A stretch of DNA of 64,000 nt, taken from positions 1,106 to 65,105 of the forward strand of contig CAIJZX010000028.1 in NCBI GenBank assembly GCA_903825245.1, written 5' to 3'. The notes beneath the pieces were generated by a model. That model saw only the letters and a list, made by a program, of their open reading frames with translations, was not told the origin of the DNA and did not search any database. The position numbers were made by a program, and so were the translations under genes. This document shows positions 11,885 through 21,941 of the stretch, one piece after another (position 1 is the first letter of the stretch; each line of letters begins with the position of its first letter). This stretch comes from Candidatus Kerfeldbacteria bacterium. Its GTDB lineage: Bacteria > Patescibacteriota > Patescibacteriia > SBBC01 > CAIJZX01.

Positions 11885-12496
11885 CTATCCTTGACTCTCA
11901 AGTGGAAGAGCTGCGACGACCTCAGCGATGGTGTGCCAGACCTCATCGAGATCGGCGTAGCGGGAGTAATCCTTGCCGCGCCGGTCGATCGTGAGAACTG
12001 GGTAGTGTCTCGCAAGCGATTGGATCTCCTCCTGAACGCTGATCATCCGACTCACGACCATCTCGTGTTGTTCGAACTCGCGCGCACGACGGGCAATAAC
12101 CGACCGTAGCTCGGCTTCATCCGTCAGCAGGACGACACAGAGATCGGGCGTCACAGAGCGCAACCGATCTGCCTGAAGATGTACTTCAGGCGAATCGTGC
12201 CGTGCTGCGTCAACACGCAAGTATGCTTCGTGGGTGAGTGGACCGGAGTCGATGAAGCAGTGAATACCAGGTGTACCCAGCCGCATCGCGCACTCGCCTG
12301 CGCGAACACATCGTTCGGTGAACCAGGTATTCCGCTTGGATACGAGTGTGTGCGAGGCGAACGAATTAGTGACCCATTCCGGGAAGACCCCTACTTCACC
12401 TTCGGGGATGACGGGACATCGTGTGAGTGCTGCGAGTTGCGCTGACAGAAACGACTTACCAACGCCGCCGGTACCGTCGATTGCAACGATGGCCAT
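11885..12496 (-). CDS. deoxynucleoside/dNMP kinase-like P-loop protein
   Basis: IAIDGTGGVGKS; PDLCVVL…IARRAREFE lid motif. Confidence 0.7.
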   Translation of the reverse strand: MAIVAIDGTGGVGKSFLSAQLAALTRCPVIPEGEVGVFPEWVTNSFASHTLVSKRNTWFTERCVRAGECAMRLGTPGIHCFIDSGPLTHEAYLRVDAARHDSPEVHLQADRLRSVTPDLCVVLLTDEAELRSVIARRAREFEQHEMVVSRMISVQEEIQSLARHYPVLTIDRRGKDYSRYADLDEVWHTIAEVVAALPLESQG

Positions 12497-12693
12497 GGTG
12501 TCTCCTCTAAAGGGTTAACCTGCGCTAATAGACAATGTGTTGGACAAAGTAGAAGCCACAGCACTGTGGCTGGGTTTTTGTGCATGTAATGAACGTCTTA
12601 CTAAGACCCTAGCAAGCTGGCGCGTAGTGTCAATGGCACACCGTTGGAGGTTGGCTGTTTAAGTGTCCTGCAATAAGTTACAATGCAGGAACC

Positions 12694-13605
12694 ATGGAGC
12701 TTCCGGAAAACATCAAAACCCTCTACCGCCACTGGTCATATCACATCCAAGAGGAATTGTCTCCAATTGGTGATCGACCCTTGATTGATGAGTCTCTTTT
12801 TCGTGACATGTGTTCTTTTATTGATGAGAGAATGTTAATTTGGCAGAAAAAAGTTTCCCTCCAACCTGAACCCTATTCGACGGATCCTATTCTTGCTAAA
12901 TACCGCTTCTGCAATATCTTCCGTGAGCTGGATAAACAAACCATCTTTTTTCATACTCTCCTCAACCCATTGCGAGATGATTTTTCGCTGTGGCTGTTGA
13001 ATATGTTTTATTGCCGGATGGTGGCACGTCCAGAAACTATTGAATCCGTAGGGCTACTCTCTTTTGACACAATGAAGAATGAGGAAGTATTTGGACGCTT
13101 GATATCTTCGTCCCGGCCTCGATTCGGCACCCCGTATGTTTTCCCTATTAGCGTCATCCAGAAAAGCCCAACGCCGACCCGCGAACGATTTATTGCCGAA
13201 TACCTGCCGTCGGTGATGAAGGTGATAGCGGCAGAAATACAAACGTGGAAGAAAAAATCCGTATACGATGGCCTACAAAGGATCATTCCGCTGTTTGGTA
13301 AAAACCTCTACTTCCTCTGGACAGAAGTGCTGATAGATACGGCCTACCAGTTTCCAACATACATCAATCTCTTTGAGCGTTTTCCTATTGGTCCGGGATC
13401 AGCTCCAACATTAAAAAGACTGAACCCTGCTATAGATCTGTCCATTCTTGTACAGCAGCTGACTGATGTGCCCGTGAATACGGCTCTACAGTTTAATAGC
13501 TTGCCGCTTAAACTGTCTGCAGAAAACTGGGAAGGAGTCGGTTGTGAGTTTCGGAAATACACCAACCTAAGATCGGGTATTGGTCGGAAACGCCTGTACC
13601 GTTAG
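12694..13605 (+). CDS. DNA base-hypermodification family protein (aGPT-Pplase1-like)
   Basis: ERMLIW…DPILAKYRFCNIFRELD, GPG and GCEFRKY motifs. Confidence 0.72.
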   Translation: MELPENIKTLYRHWSYHIQEELSPIGDRPLIDESLFRDMCSFIDERMLIWQKKVSLQPEPYSTDPILAKYRFCNIFRELDKQTIFFHTLLNPLRDDFSLWLLNMFYCRMVARPETIESVGLLSFDTMKNEEVFGRLISSSRPRFGTPYVFPISVIQKSPTPTRERFIAEYLPSVMKVIAAEIQTWKKKSVYDGLQRIIPLFGKNLYFLWTEVLIDTAYQFPTYINLFERFPIGPGSAPTLKRLNPAIDLSILVQQLTDVPVNTALQFNSLPLKLSAENWEGVGCEFRKYTNLRSGIGRKRLYR

Positions 13606-13639
13606 TTTCTTATTAATGAGAATATAAAAAAGAGCAGTT

Positions 13640-13964
13640 TCACGACATGCTCAGGTCAATGTTCTTGGGTTGCAGCACCAAGCGTTTCGGTGCCATGGTT
13701 TCGATTTTCTGCAGCCGCTCACGCAGTTGCGCGAGTGCGATCTGAATGTTGTCGAGATGGCCAGCCGCTTCACTCAAGCGGCGGCGCCACTCGGCCGGAT
13801 CATCGAACAGTCTGGCATTGAACACCAACTTGGCAGCAGTCTCAAGATCTTCGATCGGTCCAGTGCGCGCTGTCACCGAATTCCCAGCATGCATTGGCGA
13901 GTTCTTTCGAGACGCTCGGCGGGACATCGCGGTAGCGAGTCTCATCCTCATCGGGTTCAGCCAT
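13640..13964 (-). pseudogene. hypothetical gene, apparently frameshifted
   Basis: SD-led MAEPDEDETRY… stops after about 40 aa while a second frame continues as a helical protein to 13640. Confidence 0.35.
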
Positions 13965-14084
13965 GGAAGAAGTACCCCCCTTTCTTACTCGACATCGAAA
14001 TCGCCACCACCGACCTTCATCCCAGGCTCGACAAGCTCCTTATGGATATAAACCGGATCAATACGAATGCACCGTGGCGCTTTT

Positions 14085-14220
14085 GGATCGTGGCCATGTC
14101 CTCAGACCCCGACCCACATGCCTCAAATCGCCCTCTAGAAAAATCGTCAGAAAACCCTTATAATGCTTGTGTGAGTGTGGTACCTAACCCATGTGTCCCG
14201 CCAATAGAACTAAGTATCGG
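14085..14220. repeat. intergenic repeat, copy 1
   Basis: 14104-14219 matches 15914-16029 with about 8 mismatches in 116 nt. Confidence 0.92.
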
Positions 14221-14314
14221 ACAAATCACTTTCCTATGAGCATGAAGCAACCCGGGTGCCTTGTCCCCATCGCATTATAAAACGAATAATGAAGCTTTCG
14301 GATATCAGATGATT

Positions 14315-14953
14315 ATGATGATTATCTTTTCCTACAACATTGACAAGGATATAGAGAATATTATTAATGGAACACATGCGATCAACAGTAAAAAACCAAC
14401 AAAGTTTCAGCTTTCATTTAGCGACAACTACGGTAACAACTTTGAACCAGAAAAAGTAAAAACATACATCCAACAACAAGATAAGATAAATAATTTTGAT
14501 GCGAACAAAGAAACTGTCACCATGGAAGCAAAGTGGAAAAATGCCGAGTCTATTTTTATCGAGCGTGCGGAAAAAATATTCAGTCTTACTTACCCATCAC
14601 CGATAACTATATATTTGACCCACAATGAGCGCTGTACTTACAACATTGAAAAAAACTATTTTTTTGTCAAAATCGGATCGGAATTTTCAAACAACGCAAT
14701 CATGCATGAACTGTTACATTTTTATACGTGGCAAGCCTTTGGCAAAAAACTATTGGAAGAAGGAGTTGCAAAGTCAACATATAATGACGTCAAAGAATCT
14801 CTGACGGAACTTCTCAATCTTGAGTTTTCTGACCTTATGAGTGGAAAACCAGATAGTGGATATCCGCAGCATCAGGGGATGAGACGAATAATCCACGATA
14901 CATGGCTACCGCAAAAAGATCTTTTTTCCATAGTTCAAAAATTGATCTCATAG
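14315..14953 (+). CDS. HExxH (zincin-like) hypothetical protein
   Basis: IMHELLH…KESLTE; AT-rich; start codon uncertain. Confidence 0.65.
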   Translation: MMIIFSYNIDKDIENIINGTHAINSKKPTKFQLSFSDNYGNNFEPEKVKTYIQQQDKINNFDANKETVTMEAKWKNAESIFIERAEKIFSLTYPSPITIYLTHNERCTYNIEKNYFFVKIGSEFSNNAIMHELLHFYTWQAFGKKLLEEGVAKSTYNDVKESLTELLNLEFSDLMSGKPDSGYPQHQGMRRIIHDTWLPQKDLFSIVQKLIS

Positions 14954-15007
14954 GTATTGGCGATGTAGTTGCAGGCACAAAACAAATTTATAGAAATAAT
15001 CTTCGAG

Positions 15008-15143
15008 GGATCGTCTTCTACGTCTCAGCTACCGACCTACTCTCCTTAACATCCTCCCTAGGGCGAACCTCATAAAACCCTTATAATGCTTACGCGGGTA
15101 GGATACCTAACTCGAGTGTCTCGCCAAGAGAACTTAGTATCGG
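15008..15143. repeat. intergenic repeat, copy 2 (diverged)
   Basis: Ungapped alignment to copy 1 at offset 923 (GGATCGT…AAAACCCTTATAATGCTT…TACCTAAC…AGTATCGG). Confidence 0.85.
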
Positions 15144-15205
15144 GTGACCCATATGCCTAGAATCAAAGTCAAAATGTGGGAGGCACAAATAGGCAGAATT
15201 TGACT

Positions 15206-15856
15206 ATGCAAGTAGCCCAACTCCACAAAAAATTCGATGCTCTACAGAAAACATTCGGCCACGGTGAACTAAATCCGATATACGGCGCTGGATGTGTACA
15301 ACATCCAAGGTTAATGTTGGTATTTATGAATCCAACTGGAAAGAATGTTGCATCAAATACCAATTGGTCTGGACTTCGTGCCCCGTGGCTCGGAACAAAA
15401 AACATCTGGAAACTTTTACACGAGATAAAAGTTGTGTCAGAAGAAAGTTTTTCTGCAACCCAGACAAAAAAGTCAAACGAGTGGACACCCTTGTTTTGTT
15501 CTAATTTGTATAAGGAAATTGATTCGCACGAGGTGTACATTACAAACTTAGCCAAATGTACTCAATTGGACGCACGACCATTATCAAATTTGGTCTTCCA
15601 AAAATATCTAGAGTTATTCAAACAGGAAACACTCCTGATCCATCCAAAGAAGATAATTACCTTTGGCAACCAAGTAAGTTCGATTATTGTTGGAGAAAAT
15701 ATCTCAGTGGGAAAGTATGCTGGTAATCGGCATGAAGATGTGAAAATTGGGAGCAAGATTTTCCCAGTTTATCCGACGTGGTATCCAGTTGGGCAGGGCA
15801 TGAGAAACCTCCCATTAGCTGCGAAACGAATTAAGAAAGTTCTCTCCACCAAATAA
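15206..15856 (+). CDS. uracil-DNA glycosylase superfamily protein
   Basis: LMLVFMNPT motif A position, VYITNLAKC, PKKIITFGN, WYP motif B position. Confidence 0.72.
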   Translation: MQVAQLHKKFDALQKTFGHGELNPIYGAGCVQHPRLMLVFMNPTGKNVASNTNWSGLRAPWLGTKNIWKLLHEIKVVSEESFSATQTKKSNEWTPLFCSNLYKEIDSHEVYITNLAKCTQLDARPLSNLVFQKYLELFKQETLLIHPKKIITFGNQVSSIIVGENISVGKYAGNRHEDVKIGSKIFPVYPTWYPVGQGMRNLPLAAKRIKKVLSTK

Positions 15857-15913
15857 TCTAAAAAGGGTACCGAACAATTGAGACATCCTTAAGAAGTGCC
15901 TCATTTTGGTTTT

Positions 15914-16029
15914 AGACCCCGACCCACATGCCTCAAATCGCCCCCTAGAAAAATCGTCAGAAAACCCTTATAATGCTTGTGTGAGTGTGGTACCTAACTC
16001 GAATGTCCCGCCAATAAAATTTAGTATCG
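15914..16029. repeat. intergenic repeat, copy 3
   Basis: Near-identical to copy 1. Confidence 0.92.
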
Positions 16030-16058
16030 CGCAACTCATCCAGGCAGTTACTTTATCC

Positions 16059-16742
16059 ATGAATCCAGAAAACACGAAAATCGAATCTCGCGAAATCCCG
16101 GAGATTGGTTTGCGTATCGAATTTTCACCACAACATGATGCCGAAATGGTTCGTGATAATCTCGATCCGGAAGAAATAGAATGGAATCGTACAATGGGAT
16201 ATCCATGCAGATTACCGAATAAAGTTGAAGAAGCTGTTTCGCGCGGAACCATTCCAACAGTTGAAGAAATTATTGAAGCGGTGACAGCCGAGTACCAGTC
16301 GGCGAGATACGAGCAACAATCTCTGGTCTTTACCGAGGCGTGGAATGAACAACGGGATGGATTCATAAAAAACCTATCGACCCTTGGTGTACCATTGCCA
16401 AACGAATATATCCTCCGATTGACCAGGTATGGTACCGGCGGAATGTACAAACTCCCGAATGAGATTGAGGTGATTGTGAACGACCCGATTACGACCGATT
16501 TCCACACACCCTTTCATGAGATGGTTCATTTGACCATCGAAGATCTGATTGTCGAGCACCATATTGGTCACTGGACCAAGGAACGATTGGTTGATCTTAT
16601 TCTCAATATGTTCGTTCCGGAAAAGAAATATCTCCAACAAGACCCGCCACACACAAAGCAAATCGATCAACTTTTCGAGCAGTATTTTCCTGACGTGAAG
16701 CGCATTATTGAAGAAATAACTACATTGGGGAGAGGTGCTTGA
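16059..16742 (+). CDS. HExxH (zincin-like) hypothetical protein
   Basis: TRYGTGGMY…HEMVHLTIE…KERLVD; the ORF-track N-terminal extension is only the repeat. Confidence 0.7.
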   Translation: MNPENTKIESREIPEIGLRIEFSPQHDAEMVRDNLDPEEIEWNRTMGYPCRLPNKVEEAVSRGTIPTVEEIIEAVTAEYQSARYEQQSLVFTEAWNEQRDGFIKNLSTLGVPLPNEYILRLTRYGTGGMYKLPNEIEVIVNDPITTDFHTPFHEMVHLTIEDLIVEHHIGHWTKERLVDLILNMFVPEKKYLQQDPPHTKQIDQLFEQYFPDVKRIIEEITTLGRGA

Positions 16743-16757
16743 TTATACTACAGTTCT

Positions 16758-16823
16758 ATGGCCGAACTCCCACTACAACCCACCCTCGTCGATTTCCAAG
16801 CCCAACTTCTTAAATCTCGTTAA
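16758..16823 (+). pseudogene. orphan duplicate of the mazG-like N-terminus
   Basis: MAELPLQPTLVDFQA versus MPELSPQPTLADFQA at 17202. Confidence 0.8.
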
Positions 16824-16842
16824 TTCCATTATTTTCTTTGGT

Positions 16843-17193
16843 ATGAAAATCACTCGAAAAGAATCTCATATTGAGGATAAGCATGGAATTAAACTTTGGG
16901 TTTATCCTGTTGGTCGGAAAGAGGCTGGGGTGGTTTATGTTGAAGTTGAGGAAGGACACTTCCAAGAGTTTTTTGATAAGAAAAGTACTTTTATTTACTA
17001 CATTATTGAAGGCCAAGGAACTTTTTTTCTTGATGGCAAAGAAACTACCGTTAAAGAGGCGGATTTGGTCGTTATTCCGCCCATGACAAAAATTTACTAT
17101 TTTGGGAAAATGAGAATGACCCTAACGACGGTTCCCGCCTGGGAGCCGGAAAATGAAGTTCACGTCAGGTTCATTGAAAAACCAAGCAACTAA
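16843..17193 (+). CDS. cupin-domain protein
   Basis: YYIIEGQGTFFLDG…DLVVIPPMTK. Confidence 0.8.
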   Translation: MKITRKESHIEDKHGIKLWVYPVGRKEAGVVYVEVEEGHFQEFFDKKSTFIYYIIEGQGTFFLDGKETTVKEADLVVIPPMTKIYYFGKMRMTLTTVPAWEPENEVHVRFIEKPSN

Positions 17194-17201
17194 TACTTTT
17201 T

Positions 17202-17534
17202 ATGCCCGAACTTTCGCCACAGCCAACCCTCGCCGATTTCCAAGCCCACATCAAGGCAGTTTGCACTGAACGCGGTTGGGACAAAAATTCCTATTCGGAA
17301 ATATTTTTATTGTTTACCGAAGAAGTTGGAGAACTCGCGAAATCAATTCGAAATGAAGCGAAATTACATGCCCAAGTCGATCCGAAGAAACGCTTTGAGC
17401 TGGAAGAAGAGTTCGCTGATGTTTTTAACTACCTTCTGGACTTAGCCAATTACTTTAACGTTGATCTCGAAGCGGCATATCGGAAGAAACATGAGCATAA
17501 TACAACAAGAGCTTGGAAAGCGAAAGGGGAATAA
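17202..17534 (+). CDS. MazG-like NTP pyrophosphohydrolase
   Basis: EEVGELAK…EEEFADV acidic motif. Confidence 0.9.
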   Translation: MPELSPQPTLADFQAHIKAVCTERGWDKNSYSEIFLLFTEEVGELAKSIRNEAKLHAQVDPKKRFELEEEFADVFNYLLDLANYFNVDLEAAYRKKHEHNTTRAWKAKGE

Positions 17535-17540
17535 CACTCT

Positions 17541-18320
17541 ATGAGCACACAGCGTCGAACCGTCGTTTCCTACAATCGTTATGCAGGATCATGGGCCTCG
17601 TTGATGCGGTCCGGCGGTAATACTTCGCATCGGTACCTCGAGAAACCGGCGATGTTCCGTGCCTTGCCGAGCCTTCGCGGTAAAACGGTGTTGTGTGTCG
17701 GTTGCGGGACTGGCGAAGAGTGCGAATTATTGATGAAGCTCGGCGCTAAGCGCGTCGTTGGTACAGATATTTCCAAAAACCTCATTCGCGAAGCGAAACG
17801 CGCTTTTCCCGCGATCGAATTTTACACGAGGGATATGGAGCGACTGCGATTGCCGGCGCATGCATTCGACGTGGTCTACTCGAGTTTGACCATGCACTAC
17901 GTGCCGAGCTGGAAGCAAACCCTGGCCCAAGTCAAGAAGGTGCTGAAACCCGGCGGACAGTTTGTTTTTTCAACGCACCATCCAGTCCGTTGGGGCGCTG
18001 AGACGAAAGAAACGAAGCACCACAAGTCACACATTCTCGGGTATGAAAAAATAGACAAGGGCAAGGCAATTGTGTACGGCGATTATCTGAATGGCCACTG
18101 GATTCACGATCGTTGGTTCGGCGATTTCGATGTCACGTATTATCATCGGCCGTTATCGCTCTTGATACGCGATATTTTGGAAAGCGGACTTGAGCTTATC
18201 GATTTTCAAGAGCCAAAACCGCTAGCAACTGTCCGCCGCGAGAACCCGCAATACTGGAAGATCCATCAGAAAATCCCGCTCTTCATGATCTTCGTCTTGC
18301 GAAAAAAGGAGTCAAAATAA
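17541..18320 (+). CDS. class I SAM-dependent methyltransferase
   Basis: VLCVGCGTG, FDVVYSSLTMHY, LKPGG. Confidence 0.92.
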   Translation: MSTQRRTVVSYNRYAGSWASLMRSGGNTSHRYLEKPAMFRALPSLRGKTVLCVGCGTGEECELLMKLGAKRVVGTDISKNLIREAKRAFPAIEFYTRDMERLRLPAHAFDVVYSSLTMHYVPSWKQTLAQVKKVLKPGGQFVFSTHHPVRWGAETKETKHHKSHILGYEKIDKGKAIVYGDYLNGHWIHDRWFGDFDVTYYHRPLSLLIRDILESGLELIDFQEPKPLATVRRENPQYWKIHQKIPLFMIFVLRKKESK

Positions 18321-18387
18321 ATAGTCTTAATCGACTTCGCATTTTGTTCGGTTTTTGGTATACTGCAGAAATAACGCACAATAAATT

Positions 18388-18852
18388 ATGAAACTACGCA
18401 ACCACGCCGTCCCGGCGGTGTACCTCGTGATGCGAAAGGATAACAAGATTCTCTTTATGCGCCGGCAAGGCAGCGGTTTTTATGACGGTTGGTATTCGCT
18501 TCCGGCCGGCCACGTTGAAGCCGGTGAATTGCCAAAGGTGGGATTAGCGCGAGAAATGGAAGAAGAACTGGGGATAGGTATCGACGTGAACGCGCTCCGG
18601 CTCGTACATACGCTGTACCGGACGAAGAGCGATGAATCCGGCGATCGGGTGGACATGTTTTTTGACGTCCCGTCGTGGCAGGGCGAGCCAACGATTATGG
18701 AGCCGCACAAGTGTGATGATTTGCAGTGGTGCTCGATGCAAGAATTACCGGACAAAGTGATGCCGCACGTACGGCGAATATTGGAGGCCATCGATCGAGG
18801 CGAGACGTTCTCCGAGTTCGATTTGCCGACAATGTTGTCGTTTCCGAAATAA
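18388..18852 (+). CDS. NUDIX hydrolase
   Basis: GHVEAGE…REMEEELG; EPHKC. Confidence 0.92.
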   Translation: MKLRNHAVPAVYLVMRKDNKILFMRRQGSGFYDGWYSLPAGHVEAGELPKVGLAREMEEELGIGIDVNALRLVHTLYRTKSDESGDRVDMFFDVPSWQGEPTIMEPHKCDDLQWCSMQELPDKVMPHVRRILEAIDRGETFSEFDLPTMLSFPK

Positions 18853-18887
18853 TTCGCTTATTTAATTGTTTGTGGTAGGCTAGAACC

Positions 18888-19358
18888 ATGGCACACCTTC
18901 ACGACAAAATAGATTTCACGACCGAAGTCTTCATTGTTTTTCAGGGCAAAGTATTGTTGCGGAAGCACGATAAATACAAGATTTGGCTGAGTGTGGGTGG
19001 GCATATTGAACTTGATGAAGACCCGATACAGGCCGCACTGCGTGAAGTGAAAGAAGAAGTTGGGCTTGATGTTCAACTCTTTGGTCAACCGATCAGTGTC
19101 AGCAATGAAGGAGAAAACGGCTATCACGAGCTACTCCCGCCGATGTTTATGAACCGACACCATATTTCTGATACGCATGATCATATAACACTGACGTATT
19201 TTGCCAAAGCGACAACTAGTACTATTCGAAATCAAGAAGACGAGCATAGCGACGAGCTGAGATGGTTTACTGCGGAAGAACTTTCAGATTCGAAGTTTGG
19301 CATTCGGGATAGTGTTCAGAAATACGCATTGGCCGCCTTACAAACAATTCAAGGATAA
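18888..19358 (+). CDS. NUDIX hydrolase
   Basis: GGHIELDE…REVKEEVG. Confidence 0.92.
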   Translation: MAHLHDKIDFTTEVFIVFQGKVLLRKHDKYKIWLSVGGHIELDEDPIQAALREVKEEVGLDVQLFGQPISVSNEGENGYHELLPPMFMNRHHISDTHDHITLTYFAKATTSTIRNQEDEHSDELRWFTAEELSDSKFGIRDSVQKYALAALQTIQG

Positions 19359-19361
19359 ACC

Positions 19362-19910
19362 ATGTCAGAAGAAATGATCGACGTGCTCGATACACAGGGG
19401 GAAAAAACCGGACAAATATTGGAATTAAAAGAAGTCCATCGGCAAGGACTTTGGCATCGTACGGCGCATATTTGGGTTGTGACCTCAAAAGGTAATATAC
19501 TTTTTCAACAGCGCTCGCCGATCCTTGATGTCTACCCTAACTGTTGGGATATTTCCGCGTCCGGCCACATTCGAACTGGTCAAACGAGCCTTGAAGGGGC
19601 TATAGCAGAAACACAAGAAGAAATCGGATTATCCTTAAAACCCAACTCGTTAGAATTTCTGACTACACTGCAGCATGAAAGCGAACATAATCAAGGCACA
19701 AACATTAATAGAGAATTTCAGGATGTGTATTTGGTAACACAAGACGTGTCATTGAATGAATTAACAATACTCAATACCGAGGTCAGCAATCTGCAATTTA
19801 TACATTGGTCGAAATTACGTCGACTAGTTGACAATCATGACCAGGGGTTTGCCCCACGTGGTCAAGAATACCAACTACTATTCTCAATATTGCAGCAACG
19901 TTATCCATAA
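19362..19910 (+). CDS. NUDIX hydrolase (IPP-isomerase-like subfamily)
   Basis: HRQGLWHRT, WDISASGH…ETQEEIG. Confidence 0.85.
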   Translation: MSEEMIDVLDTQGEKTGQILELKEVHRQGLWHRTAHIWVVTSKGNILFQQRSPILDVYPNCWDISASGHIRTGQTSLEGAIAETQEEIGLSLKPNSLEFLTTLQHESEHNQGTNINREFQDVYLVTQDVSLNELTILNTEVSNLQFIHWSKLRRLVDNHDQGFAPRGQEYQLLFSILQQRYP

Positions 19911-19990
19911 TGCCCACCCCCGTCGAAGACATCATGGTTCGACAGGCTCACCATTCAGTGATCAATAACCTGCCGTTATATAACATTTAG
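19910..19990 (+). pseudogene. orphan duplicate of the dnaG N-terminus interrupted by a REP-like palindrome
   Basis: MPTPVEDI followed by ATGGTTCGACAGGCTCACCAT (19934-19954). Confidence 0.8.
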
Positions 19991-19998
19991 TTTATTTC

Positions 19999-21822
19999 AT
20001 GCCGACACCCGTAGAAGACATAAAGGCTCGCATCGATATCGTCGATTTTATCGGCGAGTCGTTGCCGTTGAAGCAAGCGGGCAATAATTGGAAAGGGAAG
20101 TGCCCGTTCCATAACGAAAAGTCGCCGTCGTTTATGGTGTCGCGCGAGCGCGGCTCGTGGCACTGTTTCGGGTGCGGTGAAGGCGGAGATATTTTTACCT
20201 TTGTCGAAAAACAGGAAGGGTTGGATTTTCCGGAGGCATTGCGATTGCTGGCCAAGCGTGCCGGTGTCCAACTCCGCGAGTACAACGCCGAAGAGCAGAC
20301 GCAACGCACGAAAGTGCTTGATGTCTTGCGCTGGGTGAGCCGATATTACCAGGAAGTGTTCCGCAAAGCCGCTGATGCTGAGCCGGCGCGCGAATATTTA
20401 CAGAAGCGCCAAGTGAATGAAACATCGCTGGAAGATTTTGGTGTTGGTTATGCGCCGGCGGCTTGGGATAGTACGTTTCAAGCATTGAAGAAAAAAGGAT
20501 TTAGCGACGATGATATTTTCCAAGCCGGTTTAACGATTCGCAAAGATCGCGGCGCGGGTTTTTATGATCGTTTCCGCAATCGGATTATGTTCCCGATTCA
20601 GGATGTGCACGGTACAGTTGTCGGATTCAGCGGTCGTGTTCTCGATGCGCTCGTTGATCCGAAAGGACCGGTGCCGGCGAAGTACATCAACTCACCGCAA
20701 ACCATCGTTTATGACAAAGGAAATATCTTGTATGGTTTAGATAAAGCCAAGCAGGCGATAAAAAAAGCAGACAAGGCGGTCATCGTCGAAGGACAGATGG
20801 ATTGCCTCATGTCGCATCAAGCGGGCGTGAACAACGTCGTAGCGTCGTCGGGCACGGCATTGACCGCCGAGCACGTTAGTTTACTCAAACGGTTTACGAC
20901 GAACTTGGTACTGTCGTTCGATCAAGATGCGGCGGGGGCGCAAGCGGCGCTTCGCGGAGTTGACCAAGCCTTGATGGCAAAGATGAGCGTGCGCATCGTC
21001 CGGCTCACGCAAGGCAAAGATCCGGATGAGCTGATAAAAAACGATCTGCCGGCGTGGCAGAAGGCGATTGATAGCGCCCAGCCGTTGATGGAGTATTACG
21101 TCCAAGAGGCGACGGCGGGAAAAGATTTACAGAGCGTTGATGATAAAAAAGCAGTAGTGAAGTTCCTGTTACCGATTATCGGCAAGCTCGGCGATCCAGT
21201 TGAACGATCGCACTATCTCCAACAATTGGCCGACATGGTGCACGTCGAACGCGATGCTCTTCAGCAATCGCTTGATGCACAGGCACCGAAACGCCAAGCA
21301 TCGACCACCCAACCGGTGCCTGTCAAACAGAAAACCGAAGCCATCGCCGACCTCCGCGTTGACCGTTTTCGTGCGGTTTCGGAGCGATTGGTGGCCTTAT
21401 TTGTTCATGAGCCTTCATTGCTTGACCGATTTGCCAGCGGGTTTGACCCGGCTGTGCTTGTGGGGCAGGATCTTCAGACCCTATACAAGACGCTCATCAT
21501 CTGGTATAGTGTAAATCACTTTTCTACCCGCCATGCCTTGGCGGATGCAGCCTCGTCACTCGACCCGGAACAACAGGAGTTATTTACCCTCCTCACCCTC
21601 CTCGGAGATCATGAGTATCCCGATGGAATTACACCGAGCGTCGAACACGATATTTTAACGATGATCGTCGCCATGAAGCGTCGGTCACTCTCTCTCGAAT
21701 TACATCGGCTCGAAGCCGATATTCGCCGTCTCGAGCAATCGGGTGGCGCCAATGCCAGCCAACTCTCGGAGTTGTTGGCCAATGTGCAAACCGTGACCGA
21801 TCAACTTCGGACACTCGAGTAG
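19999..21822 (+). CDS. dnaG: DNA primase
   Basis: [11 protein letters not shown]…CFGC zinc finger, KYINSP, TOPRIM EG…DQD. Confidence 0.98.
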   Translation: MPTPVEDIKARIDIVDFIGESLPLKQAGNNWKGKCPFHNEKSPSFMVSRERGSWHCFGCGEGGDIFTFVEKQEGLDFPEALRLLAKRAGVQLREYNAEEQTQRTKVLDVLRWVSRYYQEVFRKAADAEPAREYLQKRQVNETSLEDFGVGYAPAAWDSTFQALKKKGFSDDDIFQAGLTIRKDRGAGFYDRFRNRIMFPIQDVHGTVVGFSGRVLDALVDPKGPVPAKYINSPQTIVYDKGNILYGLDKAKQAIKKADKAVIVEGQMDCLMSHQAGVNNVVASSGTALTAEHVSLLKRFTTNLVLSFDQDAAGAQAALRGVDQALMAKMSVRIVRLTQGKDPDELIKNDLPAWQKAIDSAQPLMEYYVQEATAGKDLQSVDDKKAVVKFLLPIIGKLGDPVERSHYLQQLADMVHVERDALQQSLDAQAPKRQASTTQPVPVKQKTEAIADLRVDRFRAVSERLVALFVHEPSLLDRFASGFDPAVLVGQDLQTLYKTLIIWYSVNHFSTRHALADAASSLDPEQQELFTLLTLLGDHEYPDGITPSVEHDILTMIVAMKRRSLSLELHRLEADIRRLEQSGGANASQLSELLANVQTVTDQLRTLE

Positions 21823-21941
21823 ATGTTCCTTCGCAGTATCAACGTTCCAGAATACTTCACAGCTCGTCGCCTTGTCGACCGCTGAAGCTTCAGGACGAAG
21901 ATAACTTTTTTATCCATTGTTATAGAGAGGATTTTTTCACC

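Noticed and set aside
13670-14239. 189-aa ORF sharing a peptide with the 15906 ORF
   Set aside because: The shared peptide is only the translated DNA repeat; the rest is antisense to a better-supported minus-strand gene.
14085-16029. CRISPR array or classical attC sites
   Set aside because: Units are about 120 bp with gene-sized spacers; ACCTAAC fits RYYYAAC but there is no complementary GTTRRRY end or attC hairpin, and no cas or intI gene is in the window.
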